A stretch of 64,000 nucleotides of DNA from Leucoraja ocellata (lineage: Eukaryota): NCBI GenBank assembly GCA_036785375.1, contig JAWMAR010000120.1:5146001-5210000 (forward strand), in the 5' to 3' direction. A model generated the notes under the pieces. That model was given only the letters and a program-made list of their open reading frames with translations. It made no database searches and was not told the origin of the DNA. Below are positions 22,180 to 34,600 of the stretch, in pieces; the stretch's first letter is position 1, and each line of letters begins with the position of its first letter. A program made the position numbers and the translations under genes.

Positions 22180-24265
22180 GTGGCATTCATCACCCTAATC
22201 TAAAGCAGAAGGGGGAGATGAATGATATAAGGAATTGGAGACCCAGCACATTGTTAAATGTTGATTACAAGATCCTGTCTAAGGCCATCGCCAACTGGGT
22301 CAAGTCTGTATAGGGATGGGTGATCCAAACCTGTACTGTACCTGGCAGGAAAATCTCAGACAGCCTGGTGCTGCAGAGAGATACAATTGCCCACGTGCAG
22401 GACAGATGGGTGGATGCTTGCCTAGTCAGATTGGACCAGGAGAAGGCCTTCGACAAGATATCACACACGTACATGAGGGACATGCTCTCCAAAATGGGCT
22501 TTGGGGAGGGAATCAGAAATTGGATCCAACTGCAGTGCAGTCCAAATCAATAGGTGGGAATCAGACAGCTTCCCCATCAGGTCTGGAGTCAGGCAGGGTT
22601 GCCCTCTCTCCCCTGTCTTGTTCGTCTGTTGTATTGAACCTTTTGCCGAGTCCATCAGGAAGGACGCGAGCATAAGTGGAGTGTCATTGCCAGGCAGTGA
22701 GAGCAACAGCAACCTCCCTGTACATGGATGATGCCGCCGTCTTCTGCCAGATCCACGGTGGGTCTGCAGACTGATTAGCATTTGTGACAGTTTTAGTCGG
22801 CAACTGGAGCCAGGGTGAATTGCAGGAAGAGCGTTGCCATGCTCTTTGGCAACTGGCCTGACCGATCTTCCGTCCCCTTCCCATCAAGCATGACTTCTTG
22901 AAGGTGCTGGGGATCTGGTTCAGGGGGGGGGGGGGGGGGGGGGACAAGAATTGGCTGGAGCAGTGGAAGGTGGGGAAGAAACTGGAGCTGTGGAAGCAGT
23001 GCTCCTTCTCTATAGCGGGGAAACATTTGGTCCTCATGTGGGAAGTACTCTCGGGGCTGCTGTACTTGGCACAAGTGTGGCCTGTCCCTACCTCCTACAC
23101 CACAGGAATCACCAGGGCTGTATTCCAATTCATCTGGGGGTTGAGGATGAACCGGGTGCGACGGGCCACAATGAACAAGTCGGCAGACAACAAGGGTAAA
23201 GCATGCCCAATATCACCCTCACCCTGATGGCCATCTTCATGTGTGGCTGCATCAAGCGTAGCATAGAGCTAAGGCACGTGGGCACCAAGTGTCACTACCT
23301 GCTAAGGTTCCACCTGTCCCTGGTGTTGTGAAGGATGGGCCTGGTGCAGATGCTACGCAATGTGCCAGTCAGCTGAACATTGCCGCACCATCTGTCGTTC
23401 GTGAAAAGGTTCTTCCGGACCAACGCCTTTAACCCACAAGTCCATCGGGCAGTGGTCAGCACGGATTGTCCTGCAGGCACTGCACGGAAATGACTCCATG
23501 GATCCCATGGCATGGTTCCCAGAGCAGACTGCCCATCTTGTCTGGCGAAATGTCTCATCGCCAGAACTCACCAACAAGCACTTGGCTGGTGGTGAGGGGA
23601 GCCCTCGCAGTCAGATACTTCCGTCGGAAACTCACTGCCAGCGCACGCTGGCCTCAGGACGGCTGCTATGGAGAGAAGATGGTTGTCCACCTCTTTGCAG
23701 AGTATGGATATGCAAAGAGAGTCTGGAGCGGTTTGCAAGGGTCCCTGTCACGATTTATTCCGAACAGCTCCGACACAGAGGACTCTGTGATTTACGGACT
23801 GTTCTCATGGATTAATTCAGAGACTGACATCGAGTGCTGCTGGAAGACACTCTTTGGTCTGCCCGAGCTTTGTTGACCTCCCAGCGGAGCGGGATGTCTG
23901 TCGGGGAATGTTTCCGACTGGCCCGCTGCAGACTGCAGGAGTACGTGCTGTGGGACGCACTGAGTTTGGTGCAGCCAGCGCCAAGGCTCTGTGAGGGAGG
24001 ACCACAGTCTAGGGTCCTTCCACTGCTGGACATAAGGTGGGCAGGGTGTGGTGGAGACGCCCCTCAAAAATAAGGGAAGGGATTCCATGCCAGTAGGCCA
24101 CATGAGTGGCAAGGATGGGGGATAAATGTGTGAAATTTGTGTAAACAGTTTTGAATGTTTTTAAATGTTGGTATAGCCTCCGAGAATTTCGGATGAATTT
24201 TTTGCACAGTTCATGTATTGTACATATTTATTAAAGTCCATTTTGAAAAAAAATAAAAAATAAAG
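22180..24265 (+). mobile_element. L1/Tx1-clade LINE ORF2 pseudogene with poly(A) tail
   Basis: NWRPSTLLNVDYKILSKAIAN, LDQEKAFDKISH, GVRQGCPLSP, YMDD, C-terminal zinc-knuckle relic (GCYGEKMVVHLFAE), A-rich tail at 24246-24265. Confidence 0.9.
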
Positions 24266-24404
24266 AGAAAAGGAGATAGAGAGAAGGAAAAGCTGTTGTT
24301 AAAGGAAAAGATGTTGTTAAAGGACAAATATTCCAAGTCAGCAATAGCCACCCAAGTTGATAAGGGAGCAGTTCTCTCACTTTAATCAAAGAGATAAAGT
24401 GATG

Positions 24405-24625
24405 TATAGGAAGGTACTGCAGATGCTGGTTTAACTGAATATAGACATAAAAAGCTAGAGTAACTCAACGGGTCAGGCAGCATCTCTGAAGAGAAGGAAT
24501 AGGTGATGTTTTCGGGACGAGACTCTTCAGACGTCTGAAGAAGGATCTCAACCCGAAACATCACCCATTCCTTCTCTCCAGAGATGCTGCCTGGCCCACT
24601 GAGTTACTCCAGTTTTTGTGTCTAT
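24405..24625. mobile_element. Palindromic Penelope-derived repeat with hammerhead motifs on both strands
   Basis: Centre palindrome cttcagac|gtctgaag (24525-24540); arms are inverted copies; + strand CTGAAGA...GAAACATC at 24535-24562. Confidence 0.8.
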
Positions 24626-24932
24626 AAAGTGATGTAATTTGATAATTCCAAGTTATCATCACTGGAGTCTGCAACCTCTTTCAGCCACATCATGTTCAGT
24701 GCGAGAGGAACTGCATTGCCCATTGCAGTCAAGGTCACCAGCTATATTAATTTGTACATATTGGCTTCCATTCAGGCTGGAGTTGTAGATACCTGACACC
24801 TCATTCAGTTTGCTATCCAATTGCAAAGCAAAGGTGAATTATCTTACTTCCCAGAGAGCTAATTATATTTAAATCTCCTTTGCCAGAGCCTGTCAGGCAG
24901 AGAGAGACATAGAGCCATACCGCACAGTAACA

Positions 24933-26282
24933 GGTCACGGTGGCACAGCAGTAGAGTAGCTGCCTTACAGTAGCAATGTTACAAAATTTTGAGATTTAAA
25001 AATCAAGTCTGCAATTTATCCCATCAGATAAAGCATAACAATAAGTTTAATTTGACACCTAATTCACTTTCATATCTCAAGTAATAAAAAGGTTATGGCC
25101 ATTTTCATACTCGGAAATTAGCATCTTGTTCCCTATTGATTTTCTATGGACATAACAAAAAAGCTGTGATCGTGGACAGTCAAAAGCCCATAACCTTCTT
25201 AAAAATTAAGAGAACTGATTGAAATTTTCAGTTATCATAGATTGAACCATTCTGAAACAAATATAAAATAATCTTACTTGGATGACCTGAAATTAAAGCA
25301 TATAATTAGTTGGCTACCCAATTGTAGCTAATTTCAAACTTCAATTACTAGATCTAAATATCTATCCATTTCCTAATAAATGATTAACATTTTTAAATAG
25401 CCTAAGTGTCCAAATAATATTCACAAATAATTCACAATAAAACATGATTTTAAAATCTCATTTACATCAATTTATAGGCCAAATGGAAGGAATTTAGTGT
25501 TCAATTGCTGTAAATTAAAGTCCATTTTAAATCGGTTTTCTAGTGGGTTCCTGTGAACGCGCTGGTTTAGAACGTTCACATTGCGCTGGATTTGTGCCCT
25601 CAAATGCCCAGAAAAATACTGCGGATATAAAGAGCCCAAAATGAGCTACTCGCTATAGAAAACTTTATAAACAGGGTTCTTAAGAAGCCCCTTTTAATGT
25701 AAAAATAAGGTACATACCTTTAATTGTTTGCTTTATAAAACCCTGGGGCTGCGAGAGGTCGCGGGTTTAGAGAGTGATTTTTAAACTACTATAACTGTTA
25801 TACAAGGCCATAAAAACTAATAATACCTTTTAGCGACGGGGTCTTTCAGCGATTTTCCGTTAATGATTTACTAGGCTGAACATTTTCGATTGCAACAGCC
25901 TAGTGAAAATCGCGTTTTAAACCCGCCCCCTCTAAACAGCGCCAAAATCGCGCACACGGCCTGGGGCAGATTCAGAGAGTCAATGACGATTCAGGTAGGT
26001 TTTGTAACATACCTACTTACAGCGAATGCAACGCCGGAGACCCTGGTTCGATCTTGACTACGGGTGCTGTCTGTATGGAGTTTGTACGTTCCTCCCGTGA
26101 CCTGCGTGGGTTTTCTCCGAGATCTTGAGTTTCCTTCCACACTCCAAAGACGTACAGGTTATTTGGCTTGGTAAATGTAATAATTGTCCCTAGTGGGTGT
26201 AGGATAGTGTTAATGTGCAGGGATTGTGGGCCGAAGGACCTGTTTCCGCACTGTATCTCTAAAAACTAAAAAACTAAACTAA
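24933..26282 (+). mobile_element. tRNA-derived SINE split by a DNA transposon
   Basis: A-box at ~24941-24951; B-box ggttcgatc at ~26045; tail (ACTAAA)n. Confidence 0.85.
24971..26015 (+). mobile_element. 1045-bp non-autonomous DNA transposon, TAG...CTA ends, 7-bp TSD
   Basis: Imperfect TIRs TAGCAATGTTACAAAA / TTTTGTAACATACCTA; TSD cttacag at 24964-24970 and 26016-26022. Confidence 0.9.
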
Positions 26283-26544
26283 TGCCTATTGCCCCAACTT
26301 ACCCATGCCAAACAAGTGACCCCATCAAAGCTGGTCCCATTTGTCTTCATTTGACCCATATCCCTGCAAACCTTTCCTGTCCATATATCTGTCCAAATAT
26401 TTTTAAATGTTGTTATTCTCGTAATGCCCAGCTGGAGTGTGAGATAGGCTGTGCATCATACTAGTTAGTGCATTATATCCTGGCAGCAGGTTACAGACTC
26501 CAAGGAATCCTCTCCATCTATAACAGTTCTCAAAGCTGTCTGAA

Positions 26545-27110
26545 CTTTATTTATTCAAGGGATGTGGCTTTGCAGGCTGTCAGCATTTAAATTTCCATTC
26601 CTAGTTGCCCTTGAGAAGACTGATCATTGCTGCAGTCATTGAGGTGTGGGTATACTCACGACACTGTCAGAGAGGAAGTTGTAGGATATTGACCAGGAAC
26701 GGCGAAAGAATAGCAATCTACTTTCAATTCAGGATGGTGGGTGGCTTTGAGAACAACTTCCAACTGATGATCTTCCCAGGCCTCCAGCTGGTAGAGTTTG
26801 TGGGTTTGGTGAATTTTGTTTAGAAGTCTTGGTGAGTTTCTGTTATGCTTTCTTTAGATGGTACACGCTGTGTTACTGTGCATCAGTGATGGAATAATTG
26901 AATGGCCGTGGATGGGATGCCTATTAAGTCAGCTGTTATGTCTTGCATGGTGTTGAGCTTCTTGAGTGTTGTTGATGCATTCATCTTGGCAATTGGAGCG
27001 CAGAATCCTGACTTGAGCCTTGGAGATTGTGGACAGGCTTTGGGGAGCTAGGAAGAGATGAATTACTCACCGCAGGGTTCATATCCTCTGACCACCTCTT
27101 GTAGCCATTA
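26545..27110 (-). mobile_element. Ancient CR1/L2-group LINE 3' remnant
   Basis: ttattcaagggatgtggc...ttgcccttgagaag; resembles 46545-47000; no intact frame. Confidence 0.5.
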
Positions 27111-27111
27111 G

Positions 27112-27408
27112 GATATGAATATGACCATCATGCCATCAATATAACCATCATGATATCAATAAGACCATCATGATATGAATACAACCATCATGATATCAAT
27201 AAGACCATCACAATATGAATAAAACCATCATGATATGAATAAGATCATCATGATATGAATACAATTAGATATGAATAAGACCACCATGATATGAATACAA
27301 CCTTCATAATATGAATACAACCAGGATAATATGAATCCAACAATTATGATATGAATATGACCATCATTAGATGAATATGACCATCTTAATATGAATATGA
27401 CCATCATG
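27112..27408. repeat. 20-bp minisatellite, ~15 copies
   Basis: Unit tgatatgaataagaccatca, e.g. at 27151, 27171, 27191. Confidence 0.95.
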
Positions 27409-27439
27409 AAAAACTAAAGATGGGGTATAGGGCAACAAT

Positions 27440-27681
27440 AGAGAGTGGTGAATCTCTGGAACTCTCTGCCGCAGGGGGTAGTTGAGGCCAGTTCATTGGC
27501 TATATTTAAGAGGGAGTTAGATGTGGCCCTTGTGGCTAAGGGGATCAGGGAGTATGGAGAGAAGGCAGGTACGGGATACTGAGTTGGATGATCAGCCATG
27601 ATCATATTGAATGGCGGTGCAGGCTCGAACGGCCGAATGGCCTACTCCTGCACCTAATTCCTATGTTTCTATGTTTCTATA
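27440..27681 (+). mobile_element. CR1 3' end
   Basis: gagagtggtgaatctctggaactctctgcc...ggccgaatggcctactcctgc, tail (TTCTATGT)n. Confidence 0.9.
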
Positions 27682-28599
27682 GCTATCTAATAACAATACG
27701 GCTCATGACTCTGATGTAAAACACACTCACTTGTTGGTAGTGTGCATATAAAAAAAATATATCTTTAATTTATGAAATGCATCAGAGTGGACTTTTGGTA
27801 TGATCAATCATTGCCTTTTTTTCCTGGACTGTTCTTTTAAACTTCAAGACAGTGCAAATGTTATAATTCATGGTGTGTGAAGGTGCACTATGAGGCACAG
27901 CGGTCACCATCAACTTTCAGACAACTGAACTACAGGGGTAGGGGTAGGGGTAGGATGAGCAAGAGGTGAAAGAGGAACGGAGCAGACAAACTAACCGGTC
28001 CTTCTCTCATTAGTTCTCTCTGAGCAAATAATTTGAATGGAAATTCACTAAAAACAACCCCGAGTCCCCATTTAGCATTGTAAAACAACGTAAGTTAATC
28101 ACCTGACTATTCCTTTTGTGCTTACGTCCGCTCTGCCCAATGCTGTACTGTGTCATTCTCTGCAGAAGGCCTTGGAGGGCAACCTCAAGAGCAGTTTTCT
28201 GCCTTGTATAACACACTTCAGCCAACACTGTCTCAGCATGAGTGACATAGTCTTGGTTGGCTTGCCTGGTTGGTCAGAGCAAGGGTGTAAATGGTGAGAA
28301 GGTACAAAGTGCAATCCTCAAACAAATCAGCAGGGTGGTGCTCCATGAAGTCATTGGCACTTCGCTGGAAGGAAGTCTTGTAAGGTGCTGCTGGACTGCT
28401 GTGATACACCGCAAGACCACTGCAACACGCCTTCATAGCCATGATGGCAGCAGTCTCAGATTGTGCCAATGAAAAGAGCTTGCAGAACAAAAGTTTGAGC
28501 AAACAAAGCAGCACTCAAACATCGGAATTTATATATTTTTTTCTGCTGAGGAAGACAAATTATTGACCTCAGATGGAGTGAGCATTCCCTTCCAAGGTG

Positions 28600-29470
28600 T
28601 TCAGAATTAGGTCCGCGTTCTGCAAAACAGACACGTGCCCATTAAGAGTAAGGAAAATATAGGAATCTATTATAAAGCATGTGAAAACAGGACATTTAGA
28701 AAATATCAACAAAAAGGGCAAAGTCAGTATATACTTATGAAAGAATAGTTGCTTTTGACAAAAGCACTTGGGCTTTTTTTGAGAAGGTAACTGATAGCAC
28801 AGTCATGGGAAAACTAATGGGCATAATGTATTTGAATCTTCAGGTATTTGTTACAGTCTCACATAAGAGGTTATCAACCAAACTCAAATCACATGGGATT
28901 GCAAGTCATATAAGAGCATGGATTGAAATTAGTCGATAAACAGAAAAAGAAGGTAGTAATGGATAAGACTTTGTCAGGGAGACAGGCTGTGATTAGTAGA
29001 GCATTGCAGAGATCAGTGTCTTTTTTCAAAGCTATTCACAATACACATCGATAGTTTGGAGGAGGGAGCCTAAATAATATTTCTAAGTTTTCTGATTACA
29101 CTAAACTATGCCAGATGTAAGTTGTGAGAAAGAAGCAAAGATACTAGGGTAATTTATACAAGGTAACGGAGTGGGTAAAAACATGGCAGATGCAGTATAA
29201 AATGGATAAATATGAGGTCATGTACACTGGAAAAAATGTAATGAAAGGGAGTGAAGTATTTAAATGGTGACTGTGTTGGGAAATGTTGATGTACAAGGAG
29301 ATCTAGATGTTCTTGTACACCAGTTACTGAAAGCAAATATACAGGTGCGGCAAGCAGTCGAGAAGGCAAAATGGTAAGGTGATACTCAGTGATAAAATGT
29401 TTTGAGTACAGGAGTGAGGATGCTTTAGCACATTAATGCAGTGCCTTGATGAGACCATGTCTGGAGAATT
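28600..29470 (+). mobile_element. Old CR1 ORF2 remnant
   Basis: Relics ISKFSDYTKL, WVKTWQMQY, VQGDLDVLV, ALMRPCLE. Confidence 0.65.
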
Positions 29471-29474
29471 CTCA

Positions 29475-30643
29475 GTAGGATGACGCAGTCAACCTGGGCC
29501 TGTGCTTCATCCTCCAGCACCTTGACCGCCAGGGGACCCATGCGAGGATTTTGTTTGTTGATTTTAGCTCTGCATTCAACACCATTATGCCAGAGCTACT
29601 ACACTCCAAACTTTCCAAACTTTCCAAGTTGAACCCCTCTGTCGGTGGTTTACCAGCTTCCTGACAGACAGGAAGCAACATGTGAGGCTGGGAAAGCACA
29701 TCTCAGACCCGCAAACCCTCAGCATAGCGGCATACTCTCCCCTCCCCTCTACTCTCTCCAGACCAATGACTGCACCTCCACTGACTCCTCTGTCAAGCCT
29801 CTCAAGTTTGTGAATGACACAACCCTGACTGGACTGATTCAGGATGGGGAAGAATCTGCCTACAGACAGGAAGTGACACAGCTGGCATCCTAGTGCCATA
29901 ACCTGGAGCTCAAAGCTCCTAAGACAGTGGAATTGATAGTAGACTTTAGGAGAGTTCCCCCTCCCCTCACCCCACTCACCATCAACAACACCACAGTCAC
30001 ATCCATGGAGTCTTTTAAGTTCCTGGGAACCATCATCTCCAAGGACCTTAAGTGGGGGGCTACCATTGACTCCACAGTCAAAAAGGCACAACAGAGGATG
30101 TACTTCCTGCGGCAGCTCAGGAAGCACATTCTGCCACAGGCAATGATGGTCCAATTCTATACATAGTCTGTCCTCACTTTCTCCATCATGGTCTGGTTTG
30201 GCTCAGCCACCAAGCACAACATCCGGATGCTGCAGCGAATCGTCCGATCAGCTGAGAAGGTTATTGGCTGCAACCTTCCCTCCATTGACGAACAGTACAC
30301 TGCAAGGGCCAGGAAGCGAGCGGGTAAGATCATCTCTGACCCCTCTCACCCTGGCCACAAACTCTTTGAATCACTTCCCTCTGGAAGGCGACTCTGGACT
30401 GTCAAAACAGACATAAAAACAGCTTTTTTTCCACTGGTTGCCCTGCTCAATAACCAAAAATCTGTAAACTCCATTTGCTCTGGTATTTTATTTAATTCAC
30501 ATATTTTATCACTAATGTTTTATTATTAATGTTTAAAGTTTTATGTGTCATCGCTGTCACTGTATGTCATGTTATCACTTGCGGGCAGAGCACCAAGGCA
30601 AATTCCTTGTATGTGAATACATGGTCAATAAACATTCATTCAT
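29475..30643 (+). mobile_element. Rex-Babar LINE RT/3' fragment
   Basis: DDAVNLGL...RILFVDFSSAFNTI, KFVNDTTLTGLI, ELIVDFRR, FKFLGTIIS, KKAQQRMYFLRQL, HPGHKLFESLPSGRR; (CATT)n tail. Confidence 0.9.
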
Positions 30644-30644
30644 T

Positions 30645-30945
30645 TAACCATATAACCATATAACAATTACAGCACGGAAACATGCCATCTCGGCCCTACA
30701 AGTCCGTGCCGAACAATTTTATTTCACTTTAGTCCCACCTGCCTGCACTCATACCATAACCCTCCATTCCCTTCTCATCCATATGCCTATCCAATTTATT
30801 TTTAAATGATACCAATGAATCTGCCTCCACCACTTCCACTCGGAGCTCATTCCACACCGCTACCACTCTCTGCGTAAAGAAGTTCCCCCTCATATTACCC
30901 CTAAACATCTGTCCCTTAATTCTGAAGTCATGTCCTCTTGTTTGA
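30645..30945 (-). mobile_element. CR1 3' end, same subfamily as 16.6-18.1 kb
   Basis: (ATAACCAT)n tail; reverse complement of the 17820-18110 type sequence. Confidence 0.88.
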
Positions 30946-31294
30946 AAACCTCTTTATCCAGGACTGAGTCCAAGGGTTCTGGAAATGCTGAGTGTAGATT
31001 CCTCATGGTTTTTTAAGAGTGATGAATGCTCTACCACAGACGGCAGGGAGCCCAAGTCATTGAATCTGTTTAAAAAAAAGATAGATTACTGGACATCAGG
31101 TGGATTAGGGAGAAAGCGAGAATATAGCATTGAACTCAAGGGTCATCTATGATTGCATTAAGTAGTCATAAGGTCATAAGTGATAGGAGTAGATTGTGGC
31201 CATTTGGCCCATCAAATAGTAAAGTGGGTTTGAAGGTATATTGCGTGCTTCTGTTCCTATTTTTTCCTGTCTCTTTGTGCCAATTTGGACACAA

Positions 31295-31635
31295 TTGGAC
31301 TCACAACTTTGGGAGCGTGGGCGTCAAACAAGGCTGCGTCCTCGCTCCCACACACTCTTTGGGATTTTCTCCGCTCTGCTCCTGAAACATACCTTTGGCA
31401 CTGCAGATCAGACTCTTCAACCACACCCGCCTCAGAGCAAAGACAAAAGTACGTGAAAAGTACATGTCTCATCAGAGGTATGTTATTTGCCGACGACGCC
31501 GCAGTTGTGTCCCACACCCAGCAGGAACTACAGTCACTGATGGACTGCTTCTATCGGGCATGCAAGGACTTCGGACTGACCATCAGCCTGAAGAAGACGA
31601 ACGTCTTGGGGCAGGATATAGTGGCGCCGGCTGTC
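31295..31635 (+). mobile_element. RTE (BovB-like) RT fragment
   Basis: GVKQGCVLAPT, RLFNHTRLRAKTK, MLFADDAA, ACKDFGLTISLKKT. Confidence 0.88.
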
Positions 31636-34600
31636 ATAGTATGGTATATAGTATAGTATATCTTTATTGTCATTTTCCTGAGTACTCACAAACCCAGAGG
31701 AAACAAAATAATTTTGCTCAACCAGTGTCCATTCAGTGCGCAGTAAAAAATAAATAGAAATAAAAATACAAAAAAGGTCACCTTTCACCTTTAAATACTG
31801 GAGGAGGAATTTTGAATTTTGTAATCCCCACTGTGCTTCATGTGCAGGCTGGTCTGACTGTTGTTCAGCAGTGGCAAATCTGTGCTCTCTGTGCTGAAGG
31901 TTTAATGCTAAAATATTGACTGCAATTATGCACATTTTATGTGTACAAATGTTCTAAAATTATCGCCGGCTATTCCTCAGAGTGGCTTATTTTTAATATC
32001 GGCTCTCCACATACCAGCAAGGCTGATGATGCCATAAAGAGGGTGCAGATGGCAGAGATGGGATATTCAGCACAAAGTAGACAAGGTGCTGCAGTTATTT
32101 CTCTGGGCATGTGACTGCAGTCACGGGGAAACAGAAAGCAAGAAAAGCAGCTATTCTTCATCATATTGCTATCTCTTTCCATCTATCTCTGTAAGCGCAC
32201 ATTAAAATGACAAATCCACAAGATGCAAAATAAAACATATCTTTACTCAACATTGATGCAATCTTCATTGCATCGTCACAGGCATCAGACAAATGCTTCC
32301 CACAGCCGAGGTGTGAGGTAACCCGCTGAGTTAATCCAGCATTTTGTGTCTGTCTTCGGAGAACACCAGCATCTGCAGTTCCTTCCTATGCACTGTAAAT
32401 CCACACATCTTTTGCATGCATCAGTTGTCAAATGTGGAAAATCATGGTTTCCCTCCCCATCTCCATGTTTCCTCTCGTCTGCCGAGCTTAGCCAGCCTCT
32501 TTGAATCAATCACGGTATTTGTCACTGATTGTGACAACACAAACAGGCATTTCCCTCTTGACTCCTATGAAGTAAAACAAGTTGTTTACAACTACAGTTT
32601 ACTCATCAGAGATTTGAGAAAGATTGACCATTGAGAATGCAGTGCACAACAGAGCCCAGGTAGAAACACAGATCGCATGCAAGCCATCATCAGAACCACT
32701 AGGCAGAACAGTAAAAACACAAAACAAGAGGCAATTCCCAAGCCAATTCCCACACCTTCACCTGTGGTGCTTTGTAACATTAGTATGCATTATCAATAGC
32801 CTTCTCTGCAGCAAGTCCCCAAATTCACATTGCCAGCACCTACACTGAGGAAACACAGACAGGAAGGAAAAGAGCAGCAAGACTTGAGAATGTCTTTACT
32901 TCTATTCATACATAGTGATAGAATGAGTAGCAAATATTTGAAATGCAGCCACATGCCTTTTTTAGCATCACATAAAAATCCATTCTCGGATTATTGAGAA
33001 CTGCCATGTTATGTACAATTGTTCCTCCTGATTTACGAAGGGCGCTTTATGACAACATTTAATTCTAGCAAAGGTCATAATTTATCCTACAAGTTATATA
33101 TTTTGGAACAGTTCATTTTTTATTGTTCTGTTTTGCTAAACCCTGCAGAACTCTGCCTTGTATCAATTTTATCTACCACAGTGTGAATCATAGTCATGGG
33201 GAGGGAGAGAGTGCTACAGTATTACCTTACTGTCAATCTAATTACATTTATTTATTGGCTGCCTGTGTTTGTTACCTCCCGTCTAAGTATTTTCTAAAAC
33301 AGTACAACTATCATCAGGCTTCACATTAGATTCTCTCCACTATCAAGAAAACATTAATTAACAAGGCACCAGCTGCAAATCTGCAATTACTAATCAACAA
33401 ATGTTTTTATTGCTTGGAGCTTCACTGCTGGACACAGCCAAGGTTAGAATGAATAGGGAGAAATATACATGTTTGGAAATAATTGTTTGGCAGCCTTGGT
33501 GTAAGTTCTAATCTCTCCACTTCAGGGTAGGAAGAGAGGTTAGAGACTCTTAAGATCTATAGGATTTGGAATTGAATAAGCTAGTTTTAAGATTACAGGT
33601 ATATGATGTTTCTATGTTTTCAGTGCAGGAAGTTGGGATAGGAGCTTGGAAGGTATGTATGGTCCCAAAACGGCTTACAAGATGGGAATTTTGAGCTTGG
33701 AGCCTTAGCAAACACTGTATTGAAATACAGGTTCATCACTGATTTTCCAACAGCTTTGTTTCCAGAGCCTTGCTGTATTATCTGTTTTGATGAACCAACA
33801 GAGGTCACATAGCCTTGGGAAGCCGAGAAACCGGCCCACAAAGTCAGCTGCGAACATCGGCTATATGAACGGATCTGCCGGGTCCTGCTGGACTGGAGTT
33901 CCAGAGCACTGGCCACAGGAGGCAAATTCAACCCACCGATTAGTGTGGAAGCCCCGATGAGGAAGAGATCGGCTGACCTACCCAGCCGAGGCACCAATTT
34001 TTGGCGTTCTTCCGGGTGGGATTTCAAGTGTGCTCTTGTGATTTTGTCTGAATTAAAATGGCTGGACCATCAGTTGCTGGAAAATCGGTGGTGGACCTGT
34101 ATTAAAAATAAACATACCTTCATAACCCTGGAACAAGATGGTGGATAGGTCATGGGGCATATCAACTTTAGCAGCTTGCAGTAGTGCCTGTCTGCTACTT
34201 AGTTATCCTCTCGAGTTGGTAAAGGTATTATACATGGCTTGAATGGATCCACCGCGAGGCGTTTTACCTGTGTTGAGAGATTCTATTCTTCGTTGCCTGT
34301 TTTATTGGTTCATTTAGAGGCAGGGAAGATCCCCAAATCAACCATTAAATTAGACACTCTCTAATTCACCATTACAGTTAAAAGAGGACAGGTCAAGAGG
34401 ACATAAAGTAGAATTATCGTATCCTGGAGAATTATTCCTGGATGCATCTCTTGCTCAGGTATCTAGTTTGCTTTATCAACCCAATTTCCTGACTGATTTC
34501 CTTGCCCCACTTATAATTCTGCATAGAATTTCAAACCCGACCTTCCAATGCCATTCTATTTAGGACTGAGTAGCTGGTCATAATCCTGCCTCTTCATTCA

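Noticed and set aside
27935-27955. (GGGGTA)n G-quadruplex or telomere-like repeat
   Set aside because: Only about three units and not TTAGGG; a simple microsatellite.
28233-28514. Overlapping 93-aa and 71-aa ORFs in unique-looking DNA
   Set aside because: No recognisable motif and no convincing splice sites.
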